64,000 bases of DNA, taken from the NCBI GenBank assembly GCA_016197005.1, contig JACPWO010000002.1, positions 146,178-210,177 of the forward strand, in the 5' to 3' direction. This document shows, piece by piece, positions 1-8,466 of the stretch. This stretch comes from Candidatus Anderseniibacteriota bacterium. GTDB lineage: Bacteria > Patescibacteriota > Andersenbacteria > UBA10190. The translations under genes and the position numbers were made by a program. The stretch's first letter is position 1. Every line of letters begins with the position of its first letter. The notes beneath the pieces were generated by a model, which saw nothing but the letters and a program-made list of their open reading frames with translations, had not been told where the DNA came from and did not search any database.

Positions 1-231
1 ATTGATACGCAGCATGAAGTAAAAGAGATTATTCTCACTGGTGGCGGCTCTAACTTACCGACGCTGGAACAAGCATTCCTCCGGCATTTTGATAACGTTC
101 ATATGCAGCGCGGAAATCCATGGGTAAACGTAGTAAATGAACACGCCACTCATCGTTTACCAGTAGAACTTACAGATTCAGTACGATATAGTACAGCGCT
201 CGGACTGGCTCTTCGCCCTGTTATTCTATGA
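1..231 (+). CDS. pilM: type IV pilus assembly ATPase-like protein PilM, C-terminal fragment (5' partial at window edge)
   Basis: Frame-1 translation ...ILTGGGSNLPTLEQAF...STALGLALRPVIL parallels the C-terminus of the complete PilM at 1665..2702 (ILLAGGAANLPGI...ATALGLALRQ). Stop at 229-231 overlaps the next ATG (ATGA). Confidence 0.6.
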   Translation: MDTQHEVKEIILTGGGSNLPTLEQAFLRHFDNVHMQRGNPWVNVVNEHATHRLPVELTDSVRYSTALGLALRPVIL

Positions 232-770
232 AAGATTTAATTAATCTTATGCCGCCCGCCGCTAAGCAACGGCGCGTGCGATATCTTTATATAAAGCGAG
301 CCAAGGCACTCTACACCACGCTTCTTTTAGTGTTGATTATTATCGGTGCTGGCTATGGTGTTGTATGTGGAGTATTTTGGCAGGCCTCTCGTGACGCGAG
401 CGCTCAGCTTTCCTTGGATTCCAGTAAAACGAGTAATGCCACTCAACAAACCGAGCAGATTAATACTCTCCTAAAAGAGGCAAAGGAGCGACTGTACGAT
501 CAGCGTCCGTGGTTACCAGATGTCGCAGCGGCACTGAAGTTGGTACCAGCTGAAGTCACAATTACCGCTGTCGAAATTGCTCCCGTGGAAATTGCAGTGG
601 AGGACAAAGTTATTGCTATAAGCGGACAATCCAATTCTCGATCAGCTACCCTCCAATTTCAAAAAAATCTTGAGGGTTTGCCCTGGGTAAAAACCGTAGA
701 AGCACCTTTGCAGAATTTTGCTAGTGGACCTGATGTTTCATTCCGATTTACTTTAACGCGCAAGCCATGA
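228..770 (+). CDS. PilN-like fimbrial assembly membrane protein
   Basis: N-terminus MKDLINLMPP matches the PilN INLLP signature, followed by a single TM segment. Translationally coupled to flanking pil genes. Confidence 0.55.
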   Translation: MKDLINLMPPAAKQRRVRYLYIKRAKALYTTLLLVLIIIGAGYGVVCGVFWQASRDASAQLSLDSSKTSNATQQTEQINTLLKEAKERLYDQRPWLPDVAAALKLVPAEVTITAVEIAPVEIAVEDKVIAISGQSNSRSATLQFQKNLEGLPWVKTVEAPLQNFASGPDVSFRFTLTRKP

Positions 771-1357
771 AGTCACTTTGGATAGATTGGAGTATTCGTA
801 TTGGCATCCTCATACTGGTTTGTGCTGGACTTTATATATTACATAACCAAGCAATGGCAGCTCGCAATGCGTATACTGCGGCTATAAACGAGTTAGAACA
901 AACTCCACTGCGTCTGCTTGAATCAGCCAGTCGGGCGGCTGACTTATCTCGTCGAGAATTTGATATCAGTCGGATACAGCATCTACTCGTGCCTCGGAAT
1001 CAAATTGTTGATGTCGTGAGCGCAATTGAAGCGCAAGCCAAACGCCACCAGGTAGAAGTAAGTATTCCAGAAATTGTCGAGTCGGAAGAAGCTGGAGGTG
1101 TCATTCAAGATATTACAGTTCGAGTCTCGGTTGATGGTAATCCGGAGAATATAGTGGATTTTTCTCACAGTGTTGAACATTTGCCTTATTTGTTAAATGT
1201 AGAGAGATGGTCACTCTCGACTCGTAGCTTTGCTGTTCCACAGTCCGCTGCCCAGGCACCAACTTCTCGGACTACTGAAGTTACTGCCATCACCGGGCAC
1301 GCCGAAATTGAAATTATTGTAGTCGTAAGTAATACAAGTGATGAAAACCCCAAGTAA
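767..1357 (+). CDS. PilO-like pilus assembly membrane protein
   Basis: N-terminal TM followed by a coiled-coil segment. 4-nt overlap with upstream PilN-like gene. Fold assignment is by position and architecture only. Confidence 0.45.
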   Translation: MKSLWIDWSIRIGILILVCAGLYILHNQAMAARNAYTAAINELEQTPLRLLESASRAADLSRREFDISRIQHLLVPRNQIVDVVSAIEAQAKRHQVEVSIPEIVESEEAGGVIQDITVRVSVDGNPENIVDFSHSVEHLPYLLNVERWSLSTRSFAVPQSAAQAPTSRTTEVTAITGHAEIEIIVVVSNTSDENPK

Positions 1358-1655
1358 AAAATTAAAAACCAAATTACGTCACCGCCATTTTGGCGTGGCC
1401 GTTAAAGAAAGGGTGCAGACGCTTTTTCTGCACCGCTATCGCTTATTGCAATACACTGTTTTAGTAGTAGGGGCTTTAGCGAGTGCAGCTGTCGCTGCGT
1501 CGTTGCTTCTGCGAGAAGGGGAGTTGTCAGAGAGTAACAGAGAAGCGCCGGTACGACTTAATGTTGATGTTGCTGATGAGCTGGAGCTTGCAATTGAAAA
1601 TCGACAGACGGCATATGAGAATCCGCCAGGAGTATCTCCTAACATATTCGAGTAA
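1338..1655 (+). CDS. small membrane protein, pilus-cluster associated (hypothetical)
   Basis: 105-aa ORF with one hydrophobic segment (VLVVGALASAAVAASLLL) between two pil modules. Confidence 0.4.
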   Translation: MMKTPSKKLKTKLRHRHFGVAVKERVQTLFLHRYRLLQYTVLVVGALASAAVAASLLLREGELSESNREAPVRLNVDVADELELAIENRQTAYENPPGVSPNIFE

Positions 1656-1664
1656 TATACATAT

Positions 1665-2702
1665 ATGGTTGGCATAGATATCTCAGATCGTTCTATTAAA
1701 GTAGCGGAGGTCTCGGAGGGACAGTCGCAACATATTGTTTCTGTTTGTTGGAGTTCACTGCCACCAGGGGCACTTCAGCGTGGAATTGTACAAAATGCTC
1801 CCCTGATTATTGAGGCAATTACCCAAGCCTTTCAAAAATGTTCACCGGTGCCAGTTAAGAAACGATCAGTTATTGCCTCTATACCTGAGGTACGATCTTT
1901 TGTGCGCGTCCTTGAATTACCCGCTATGGCGGAAGAAGAGCTTGATGAAGCCATAAAGTGGGCAGTACGACAACACATTCCCTTTGATTTGGAGCGTATG
2001 TACATCGATTGGGAACCAGTTGGTGAGCCAGATTTAAGTGGGCGTCGACAGGTGCTAGTGGGAGCGGCTCAACGTGATGTAGTAAATCCACTACTGGAAG
2101 TGCTGGAAGCGGCCGGACTACGGGTCACGGCTTTAGAGTTAGAAGCACAAGCAATTGTTCGCAGCCTTTTGCCGCTTGATCGCAGAGGCGTACAAGGTGT
2201 TTTAATTGTTGATTTAGGAGCCACGACAACGAATATTATTTATGTAAATGCTGGATCACTGCGCTTTTCTACAAGTATTGAGGTGGGGGGAGACACGCTT
2301 ACGTGGCAATTAGCCGGTTCGCTTCACTTGCAGCCAGCGGTAGCGGACGAAAAGAAAGCAGAAATTGGATTGCGCCAACAACAAGATCAGGACGTAGCCA
2401 CGGCGCTTCGTATTGCGACGCTGGAACTTGCGCGAAAGGTAGAAAAGGTTGTCCGGGAAGTAGGAACGCAAGAAGGCTCACAACAAGCAGTGCGAGAAAT
2501 TTTGTTAGCAGGCGGAGCCGCTAATTTGCCTGGCATCATTGAAATCTTTGCCGAAATATTTCCAGGCATTCCAATTCAGATGGGTAACCCCTGGACAAAT
2601 CTGGTGCGAGAAGAAGAAAAGTCATTTCAAATGTCACCACAAGATGCTAGTCACTTTGCCACTGCCTTGGGACTAGCCTTACGACAAGATGTCTCGACAT
2701 GA
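1665..2702 (+). CDS. pilM: type IV pilus assembly protein PilM (actin-like ATPase)
   Basis: Begins MVGIDISDRSIKVAEV (typical PilM start). Actin-fold length 345 aa. C-terminal LLAGGAANLPGI motif. Confidence 0.8.
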   Translation: MVGIDISDRSIKVAEVSEGQSQHIVSVCWSSLPPGALQRGIVQNAPLIIEAITQAFQKCSPVPVKKRSVIASIPEVRSFVRVLELPAMAEEELDEAIKWAVRQHIPFDLERMYIDWEPVGEPDLSGRRQVLVGAAQRDVVNPLLEVLEAAGLRVTALELEAQAIVRSLLPLDRRGVQGVLIVDLGATTTNIIYVNAGSLRFSTSIEVGGDTLTWQLAGSLHLQPAVADEKKAEIGLRQQQDQDVATALRIATLELARKVEKVVREVGTQEGSQQAVREILLAGGAANLPGIIEIFAEIFPGIPIQMGNPWTNLVREEEKSFQMSPQDASHFATALGLALRQDVST

Positions 2703-3430
2703 AAGCAGTAAGTACACTTCGTAAATCTAACGTGAAGGTTCTTATTCTCGGTTGTTTATTCTTGGTGGCCTTAGCCGCGCTGCAACCGTATGTATGGCGG
2801 CTCGTGAGTGCGACTTCTCGCTTAGTAGAAGAGCGTCGGGCGGCGGTTTTACAGCTCAACAATATTCAGACAATTGTTGCTGACTTAGAGCAAGTTGAGC
2901 AATCGGCTGAGGCGACATCAGCGCAGCTTTCTCAAGTACTCATTAGTGAAGATGAAGTAACGCAAGCAGTAGAACGACTAGAACGAGAAGCAGACAAGCG
3001 TGGGTTACAACTGAAGGTAGAAAATATTCAGCGAGTCACGAACCAGGCGAGCGATATTAATTTAACTCAGTTGGTAGTAACCATTACGGCTTTTGGAGCG
3101 GCAGATAAGTTATTTGAATATATTGATGCCGTTGAGCATTTCCCGGAAATTATGTTTACGCGGGATTTTGTCTTGCGCCAAGCACCTGCTCGTTCGAAGG
3201 ATGGCGCAGTAGTCCATGCACTTAACATGAATGCCGTCTTTTATATGAATACTCCAGCAACGGTTGCGACTGAAGGTGATTCTACTCAAAATCGTGGTGC
3301 TCCCACTGATCTTGGTGGCGTTTCTCCGCGTGATGCGCTTTATTGGAGTAGTGTCGGAATTGTCGGCATCGGCGGTGTCTTGCTGCTAGGTGGAATAATC
3401 ATGATGATTAAGCGTAGAACACTTATTTAA
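2699..3430 (+). CDS. PilN/PilO-like pilus assembly membrane protein
   Basis: ATGA overlap with pilM. N-terminal TM, long coiled-coil. C-terminal second TM. Confidence 0.5.
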   Translation: MKAVSTLRKSNVKVLILGCLFLVALAALQPYVWRLVSATSRLVEERRAAVLQLNNIQTIVADLEQVEQSAEATSAQLSQVLISEDEVTQAVERLEREADKRGLQLKVENIQRVTNQASDINLTQLVVTITAFGAADKLFEYIDAVEHFPEIMFTRDFVLRQAPARSKDGAVVHALNMNAVFYMNTPATVATEGDSTQNRGAPTDLGGVSPRDALYWSSVGIVGIGGVLLLGGIIMMIKRRTLI

Positions 3431-3433
3431 TCT

Positions 3434-3808
3434 ATGGCTTCTTTCAAAAAACAAGGATTGCAGCAAGTAGGAGGTCGTGTTGGCCGGCGGGTGGCTAAAT
3501 TTATAGCTGGTCGAACAATGTTTTTGTTATTACTTTTAGCCAGCGTGACGTTAAGTGGAATTTTTGTGTGGCAGCGAGCGGTTAGCTCGCTCCTTGAAGA
3601 ACCTATCATACCAGCTGATCAGGTAGCAGCTACTGTCCAGCTTAGTACGCAAGAACTACAGTCCATCATTGAACGCCGGGCGCAGCGTATTAACTTTACT
3701 CCTCGCTCGTTTGCTCGATTTAACCGCCTGTTTCCAGGTACCGCTGCTTCACCTTCAACTTCACCGATACCCTCTCCTTCCCCAACAGTCAGTCCTGCGG
3801 CAGGATAA
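3434..3808 (+). CDS. pilus-cluster membrane protein with Pro/Thr/Ser-rich C-terminus (hypothetical)
   Basis: Single TM (MFLLLLLASVTLSGIFVW) followed by a PT-rich tail TAASPSTSPIPSPSPTVSPAAG. Confidence 0.4.
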   Translation: MASFKKQGLQQVGGRVGRRVAKFIAGRTMFLLLLLASVTLSGIFVWQRAVSSLLEEPIIPADQVAATVQLSTQELQSIIERRAQRINFTPRSFARFNRLFPGTAASPSTSPIPSPSPTVSPAAG

Positions 3809-3812
3809 AGAT

Positions 3813-4226
3813 ATGTCGCAAACTCGTGTATTGGCTTTTGGCTCCTTTGATATTCTCCATGAGGGGCACAAATATTTTTTGACGGAGGCTCGTAAAACAG
3901 GAGACTACCTCACGGTTGTTGTGTCCCGGGATGGATATATTCGGGACAGTAAGAGGCGAGAGCCTTCAGTGCGTGAGGAGGAACGGGTAGAAGCAGTTAC
4001 AAAGCTGGCTATTGCTGATGAGGTAATGCTTGGAGACGAGGCATCGGGGTATGGGCTGCTCAAAGAGCTTTCGTTTGATGTTCTGGTGGTGGGCTATGAT
4101 CAAAAGCCAAGTGATACTGCTATTCGTCGTCTTTTGGATGATGCCGGCAAAAAGGAAGTGCGGCTGGTACGGCTGCCACCATATAAGCCAGAGACATATA
4201 AATCCTCACTCCTGCGGAAAGCATAG
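3813..4226 (+). CDS. cytidylyltransferase-family nucleotidyltransferase (HxGH motif; FAD synthetase/RibL- or TagD-like)
   Basis: MSQTRVLAFGSFDILHEGHKYFL carries the HxGH nucleotidyltransferase motif. Start trimmed from ORF-track 3669 to ATG 3813 to remove overlap with the upstream gene. Confidence 0.6.
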   Translation: MSQTRVLAFGSFDILHEGHKYFLTEARKTGDYLTVVVSRDGYIRDSKRREPSVREEERVEAVTKLAIADEVMLGDEASGYGLLKELSFDVLVVGYDQKPSDTAIRRLLDDAGKKEVRLVRLPPYKPETYKSSLLRKA

Positions 4227-4244
4227 GCGTGCTAGGATAGGTAC

Positions 4245-4796
4245 ATGCGGGAAATAAATCTCCTTCCCACCCCTCGCCGCACTTTTCTGCGTCGACAGTG
4301 GATATATGACTCACTGCGGCGTTTTGTGTTTAACATAAATGTCGCTCTGATTATTATGACGGCGGTAGCGCTTGCTACGTTGGCCGGGTTACGTAGCGTT
4401 TCTTTCTTTACCTCAGCTGATGCGGAATCTACTATTCCTGAATATCTAGGAAAGTATCAAGCCACTAAACAAGCAATTGAAGAAAAGAATCGGCTCATTG
4501 CTCAGGCTAGCGCGGCCGACCAAGGTCGAATCATTTGGGGGGATTATATAACCGAGCTTTTAAATGTACTACCGCCCGGCACTCTTGTTGAACGTATTAC
4601 GGCTGATGCGGACCAGGAAGAAATAATGGTCACTGGAGATACGGTAAACCGCAGCTCCTTAACGCTACTGGATGCCCGTATTAAAAGTTTATCGTGGGCG
4701 AAAGAAGTACGTGCGCCACTTACAAACTTACTTGATCGCGAAAACCCAGAGTTTTCCTTCACCATTATTCTGAATAGGAACGCAGCAGAGCCGTAA
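4245..4796 (+). CDS. PilN-like fimbrial assembly membrane protein (third copy)
   Basis: MREINLLPTPRR is a PilN-type N-terminus. Single TM follows. Confidence 0.5.
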   Translation: MREINLLPTPRRTFLRRQWIYDSLRRFVFNINVALIIMTAVALATLAGLRSVSFFTSADAESTIPEYLGKYQATKQAIEEKNRLIAQASAADQGRIIWGDYITELLNVLPPGTLVERITADADQEEIMVTGDTVNRSSLTLLDARIKSLSWAKEVRAPLTNLLDRENPEFSFTIILNRNAAEP

Positions 4797-4821
4797 TCTC
4801 CCTTTACACGAGAATCCTTTT

Positions 4822-4859
4822 CTACTACCCTTAAGTCTCTTAGGTAGTAGCTCTTTTTT
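4822..4859 (+). terminator. rho-independent terminator
   Basis: CTACTACC-loop-GGTAGTAG hairpin followed by CTCTTTTTT. Confidence 0.6.
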
Positions 4860-4956
4860 GGGGACGTAGCTCAGTGGGAGAGCGTCAGAGTATTGCTCGT
4901 CTCGCGAGGGGCAATTACAACTCTGAAGGTCGAAGGTTCAAGTCCTTCCGTCTCCA
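4860..4956 (+). tRNA. tRNA-Val-like gene with a roughly 25-nt hairpin insertion in the anticodon arm (anticodon most plausibly UAC; ACA is also possible depending on boundaries)
   Basis: Acceptor GGGGACG/CGTCTCC with discriminator A. D-arm GCTC-AGTGGGA-GAGC. Anticodon stem TCAGA/TCTGA. Variable loop AGGTC. T-arm GAAGG-TTCAAGT-CCTTC. The anticodon loop region is 32 nt instead of 7 and contains the hairpin ATTGC-TCG-tctcg-CGA-GGG-GCAAT immediately 5' of TTACAAC. No CCA encoded. Confidence 0.6.
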
Positions 4957-4960
4957 TTTC

Positions 4961-4983
4961 GCACCCGCTTTGGGTGCTTTTTG
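4961..4983 (+). terminator. rho-independent terminator after the tRNA
   Basis: GCACCC-gcttt-GGGTGC hairpin followed by TTTTTG. Confidence 0.6.
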
Positions 4984-4996
4984 TTATACTCATTCT

Positions 4997-5938
4997 ATGG
5001 CTGAACCGATTATCCTTCCTGCAGGCGCAGCAATTGCCATTATTGCCTTCTTGCTGGCTCTACTACCCGCTGGATTCTTTCTGTGGCTATGGTATTTACG
5101 TCGTCGTGACCGCAGTGTCCCGGCGAGCGTTATGGCAGCTGCTTTCGTGAGCGGTCTTTTGCTTATTCCAGCGGCCTTTTGGCTGGAAGAGGGGGGTCAA
5201 AAGATTTGGGCTTTTCTTAGTCCGGCCACCGTTCATTATTTCAGTACCGATACTCTCGCCTTATTTGAATTGCAGGATGCAATTTTACCTGCCATAGCTG
5301 CATTCCTGATTGTAGCCACCGTTGAAGAAGGGCTACGATATATTGTTTTACGGGTGTGGTTCCGCTTTAGCAAAGGCATTGATCAAATATTTGATGGTCT
5401 TATTGTTGGTGTCGGTGTAGGAGTGGGGTTTGCGACACTGGAAAACACACTTTATTTCCTGGATCTTTTCCGAGGTGGTAGTTTTGATACTCTCGTATTC
5501 GTTTTCTTTCTCCGCTTTGCCATTTCAACCTTAGCTCATGTTAGCTTCTCGGGACTGATGGGAGTTTGGTTGGCTAAGAACTCGCTTGAGTTTCTTTCAG
5601 GCAGACGCTACGCCCTGATGGCCTTTTTTATTCCGTGGTTCTTACACGGTCTCTTCGATTGGCTTCTGACAATTGGTATGAGTATGTATGCCGTACTTGT
5701 TTTACTAGCCCCGCTGCTTGTCTTAATCGGTTGGGCAGGGCAGTCCCACATGTTCGTCGTACATAGGCGTAACGGCAAAACATTAGCGGCCGGAGAGGCA
5801 GTAAGTTCTAGAGAAGTACGGGCCGTGAATAAACTTATGCAAACGCAGGATTCACCATGGAATAAATACGCTCCCTGGCTTTCTCGCACCAAAACATATC
5901 AAAAGATGCTAACATTAATACGTGAAGAAGAACTCTAA
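4997..5938 (+). CDS. PrsW-family intramembrane metalloprotease-like protein
   Basis: Multi-pass membrane protein with EEGLRY, FATLENTLY and HGLFD motifs (PrsW-like EExxK/R, FxxxE, HxxxD pattern). ORF-track start 4874 lies inside the tRNA and was trimmed to ATG 4997. Confidence 0.6.
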   Translation: MAEPIILPAGAAIAIIAFLLALLPAGFFLWLWYLRRRDRSVPASVMAAAFVSGLLLIPAAFWLEEGGQKIWAFLSPATVHYFSTDTLALFELQDAILPAIAAFLIVATVEEGLRYIVLRVWFRFSKGIDQIFDGLIVGVGVGVGFATLENTLYFLDLFRGGSFDTLVFVFFLRFAISTLAHVSFSGLMGVWLAKNSLEFLSGRRYALMAFFIPWFLHGLFDWLLTIGMSMYAVLVLLAPLLVLIGWAGQSHMFVVHRRNGKTLAAGEAVSSREVRAVNKLMQTQDSPWNKYAPWLSRTKTYQKMLTLIREEEL

Positions 5939-6329
5939 AGTCATTCTCATTGGCGGGTTAATACTGGTTATTGTGCTGCTCGGTGCACTCGTTAGTATGT
6001 TTGGGAATGTAACTATTCGGGCCCTTTCTGAGACTTCTCCCCAACTTACGTTAACGCAGCCAATCCTCCCGGGAGTGCCGTTTACGGTACAGTGGTCAGG
6101 CCTAGAAGTAGCTGATACAGGCACCCCCGCTGCTTTCTATATTCGCTCGGCTAGTAAGGAAATATGGTTATCACAAGCCCTCCTTAGTGATGGGGTGGTT
6201 ACAAGTGAAGTTCCTTGTGAAATTGAAGCTGGTGCGCACCAATTACTCATGAAGGATACGGGGAGTGGAGAAGTACTTGCGACTGCAACGGTAGAAGTAC
6301 TCGAAAGCGGACAAGATTGCGCTTTTTAG
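5922..6329 (+). CDS. small membrane-anchored secreted protein (hypothetical)
   Basis: N-terminal TM/signal anchor [20 protein letters not shown], then roughly 100-aa extracytoplasmic domain. Confidence 0.35.
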   Translation: MKKNSKVILIGGLILVIVLLGALVSMFGNVTIRALSETSPQLTLTQPILPGVPFTVQWSGLEVADTGTPAAFYIRSASKEIWLSQALLSDGVVTSEVPCEIEAGAHQLLMKDTGSGEVLATATVEVLESGQDCAF

Positions 6330-7255
6330 AGCTGCGAGAAATATTCAATTGTTTTGCGGAGTCCTTCTTCTAGAGGGATGTGCGGTTCCCAATTAAGCAC
6401 TTTCTTAGCCAGTGAAATGTCGGGACGACGTTGTCGTGGATCCGCTTCTGGTAAGGGGTGGTACTCTACTTGAGATTTAGATTCTGTCATTTCCACAATT
6501 TTAATTGCGAGCTCTTTCATTGTGAGTTCAGTTGGGTTTCCAATGTTAATAGGTCCAATATGTTTTTCGTTGTTCATAAGAGCTATGAGCCCGGCAACTA
6601 AATCGTCGACGTAGCAAAAAGAGCGAGTTTGTTTTCCTTCGCCGTACATCGTGAGTGGTTTGTCAGCAAGGGCTTGAGTTATGAAATTACTGACGACCCG
6701 TCCATCATCGGGGTGCATGCGTGGGCCGTACGTATTAAATATACGAGCAATGCGAATCTCAATACCGTGTTCACGGTGATAATCCATACATAGTGTTTCC
6801 GCAACACGCTTGCCTTCGTCGTAACACGCTCGTGGTGAAAGCGGACTAACATTCCCATTGTATGTCTCTGGCTGCGGATGAACGTCAGGATCGCCGTATA
6901 CTTCTGAGGTTGACGCTTGGAGGAGACGAGCGCCGGTGCTTTTTGCTAAACCAAGAACATTAATCATGCCAATGGTGTTGGCTTTAACGGTACGGATTGG
7001 ATTTTTCTGGTAATGAATCGGGGAAGCAGGACACGCCAGGTTATATATCTGATCTATTTTTCCCTCAACACGAAGTGGTTCGATAATGTCATGTTCGATG
7101 AGCTCAAATGTGTCTTTTTCTAGAAGATGCTGAATGTTTTTCTTTTGTCCGGTAAAGAAGTTATCGACGCAAATAACTGAGTGACCAGCTTCAACTAAGC
7201 GGTCACATAAGTGACTACCGATGAAACCAGCGCCGCCGGTTAATAAAATCCTCAT
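6326..7255 (-). CDS. uxs: UDP-glucuronate decarboxylase (UDP-xylose synthase, SDR family)
   Basis: [15 protein letters not shown] Rossmann start. [10 protein letters not shown] and [12 protein letters not shown]...[21 protein letters not shown] match UXS hallmark blocks nearly residue for residue. Confidence 0.9.
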   Translation of the reverse strand: MRILLTGGAGFIGSHLCDRLVEAGHSVICVDNFFTGQKKNIQHLLEKDTFELIEHDIIEPLRVEGKIDQIYNLACPASPIHYQKNPIRTVKANTIGMINVLGLAKSTGARLLQASTSEVYGDPDVHPQPETYNGNVSPLSPRACYDEGKRVAETLCMDYHREHGIEIRIARIFNTYGPRMHPDDGRVVSNFITQALADKPLTMYGEGKQTRSFCYVDDLVAGLIALMNNEKHIGPINIGNPTELTMKELAIKIVEMTESKSQVEYHPLPEADPRQRRPDISLAKKVLNWEPHIPLEEGLRKTIEYFSQL

Positions 7256-7270
7256 ACTAAGAGGATTTTA

Positions 7271-7618
7271 TTACTTCTTGACGTGATCGACAATTTTTCC
7301 AAAAAGATCTGGTTGTTCTTTAGCCATCTGAGCCAGCATCTTGCGGTTGATTCCGACCTTCTTTTCTCGCAGGGCATTAATGAACCGAGAGTAGGAAAGA
7401 CCATAGGGACGAACAGCGGCGTTAATGGCAATATGCCAGCCGGCGCGGAAAACTGCTTTTTTCTTGCGACGATCCCGATAGGCATGCTGACCAGCTTTCA
7501 GAATAGCCTCTTTGGCAATCTTAAAGACAGTACGACGACGACCACGGAATCCTTTCGCACGCTTTAACCACTTCTTATGACGGGCTCGTTTAACAACACT
7601 GCGAGGAGCTTTAGGCAT
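7271..7618 (-). CDS. rplT: 50S ribosomal protein L20
   Basis: MPKAPRSVVKRARHKKWLKRAKGFRGRR... is the canonical L20 sequence. Confidence 0.95.
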   Translation of the reverse strand: MPKAPRSVVKRARHKKWLKRAKGFRGRRRTVFKIAKEAILKAGQHAYRDRRKKKAVFRAGWHIAINAAVRPYGLSYSRFINALREKKVGINRKMLAQMAKEQPDLFGKIVDHVKK

Positions 7619-7623
7619 AGATA

Positions 7624-7821
7624 TTAGGCGTAAGGGAGAAGATCTTGAATTCGACGGCTGTCAGTACTTGAAACATTCTGATCAGGGTGTTTGCGACGAG
7701 TTTCATTACCAGTAGCTTTAGCATTGAAATGTGCCTGGTGGACAGCTCGGTGTTGCACTTTCCCATTAGAGGAAACGCTGAAACGCTTCATAGCTGCTCG
7801 CTTTGTTTTCTGTTTAGGCAT
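7624..7821 (-). CDS. rpmI: 50S ribosomal protein L35
   Basis: MPKQKTKRAAMKRFSVSSNGKVQHR... is an L35 signature. Sits in the infC-rpmI-rplT operon order. Confidence 0.9.
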   Translation of the reverse strand: MPKQKTKRAAMKRFSVSSNGKVQHRAVHQAHFNAKATGNETRRKHPDQNVSSTDSRRIQDLLPYA

Positions 7822-7836
7822 ACGGCTATTGATACA

Positions 7837-8391
7837 TTATCTCTTGACCGCCGTCAACAGCACCGATAAGGCATTTCCGGCTCGAGAGATTTTATCTTCG
7901 GGGCGAGCGCCGCCTGGGACTTCCGTAATAAACTGCTCCATCTTTTTGTATGCTAAATCTGCTCGTTGACGCTCCCGTCCGCGTAGGCGCACTTCTATCT
8001 TGACCTTATGTCCTTCTTCTAAGAAGCGAGCCGTTTGTTGCAGTCGGAGTTGCCAGTCATTGCCGCTAGTTTTAAAACCAAGACGGATACCTTTAATGTC
8101 CTTTCCCTTCGTTTTTGCCTTCTGTTTGGCCTCTTTTTTCCGTTGCTCGTACATATGTTTTCCGAGGTCTAAAATGCGGACAACTGGCGGATCAGTCTTT
8201 TGGGCAACAATTACTAAATCTGATTCAGCCTCGGCTGCTTTAAGACGAGCTTCTTCAATCGTAACAACGCCTAACTGAGTGCCGTCAGCGCCAATGAGCC
8301 GCACGGTTTCCGAGCGGATCTCATCATTAGCCGGCGGGCGTTTTACCTGCGGCTTTGGTCGATATCTGAATCGTCTACGTCGAGCTGGCAT
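7837..8391 (-). CDS. infC: translation initiation factor IF-3
   Basis: ...NDEIRSETVRLIGADGTQLGVV...DLVIVAQKTDPPVVRILD... Start set at ATG 8391 (MPARRRR). A non-AUG start further upstream cannot be excluded, as is usual for infC. Confidence 0.85.
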   Translation of the reverse strand: MPARRRRFRYRPKPQVKRPPANDEIRSETVRLIGADGTQLGVVTIEEARLKAAEAESDLVIVAQKTDPPVVRILDLGKHMYEQRKKEAKQKAKTKGKDIKGIRLGFKTSGNDWQLRLQQTARFLEEGHKVKIEVRLRGRERQRADLAYKKMEQFITEVPGGARPEDKISRAGNALSVLLTAVKR

Positions 8392-8466
8392 GCGGCTTAT
8401 CTTAGGGGAAATATGCTCGCAGATCAACTGCCGTTGCCATATAATGAACATAAAAGAAACACCTCT

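Noticed and set aside
3669-3812. Upstream extension of the cytidylyltransferase ORF
   Set aside because: Overlaps the preceding pilus-cluster gene in another frame. The conserved HxGH domain begins right after ATG 3813.
4860-4956. Interpreting the intron-like tRNA as evidence that the contig is archaeal
   Set aside because: Flanking genes (smpB/tmRNA, IF-3, L35, S21, Mfd, Pth, LepB, LCP, ParAB) are strictly bacterial.
4874-4996. N-terminal extension of the PrsW-like ORF as given in the ORF track
   Set aside because: It overlaps the tRNA gene and its terminator. First plausible start is ATG 4997.
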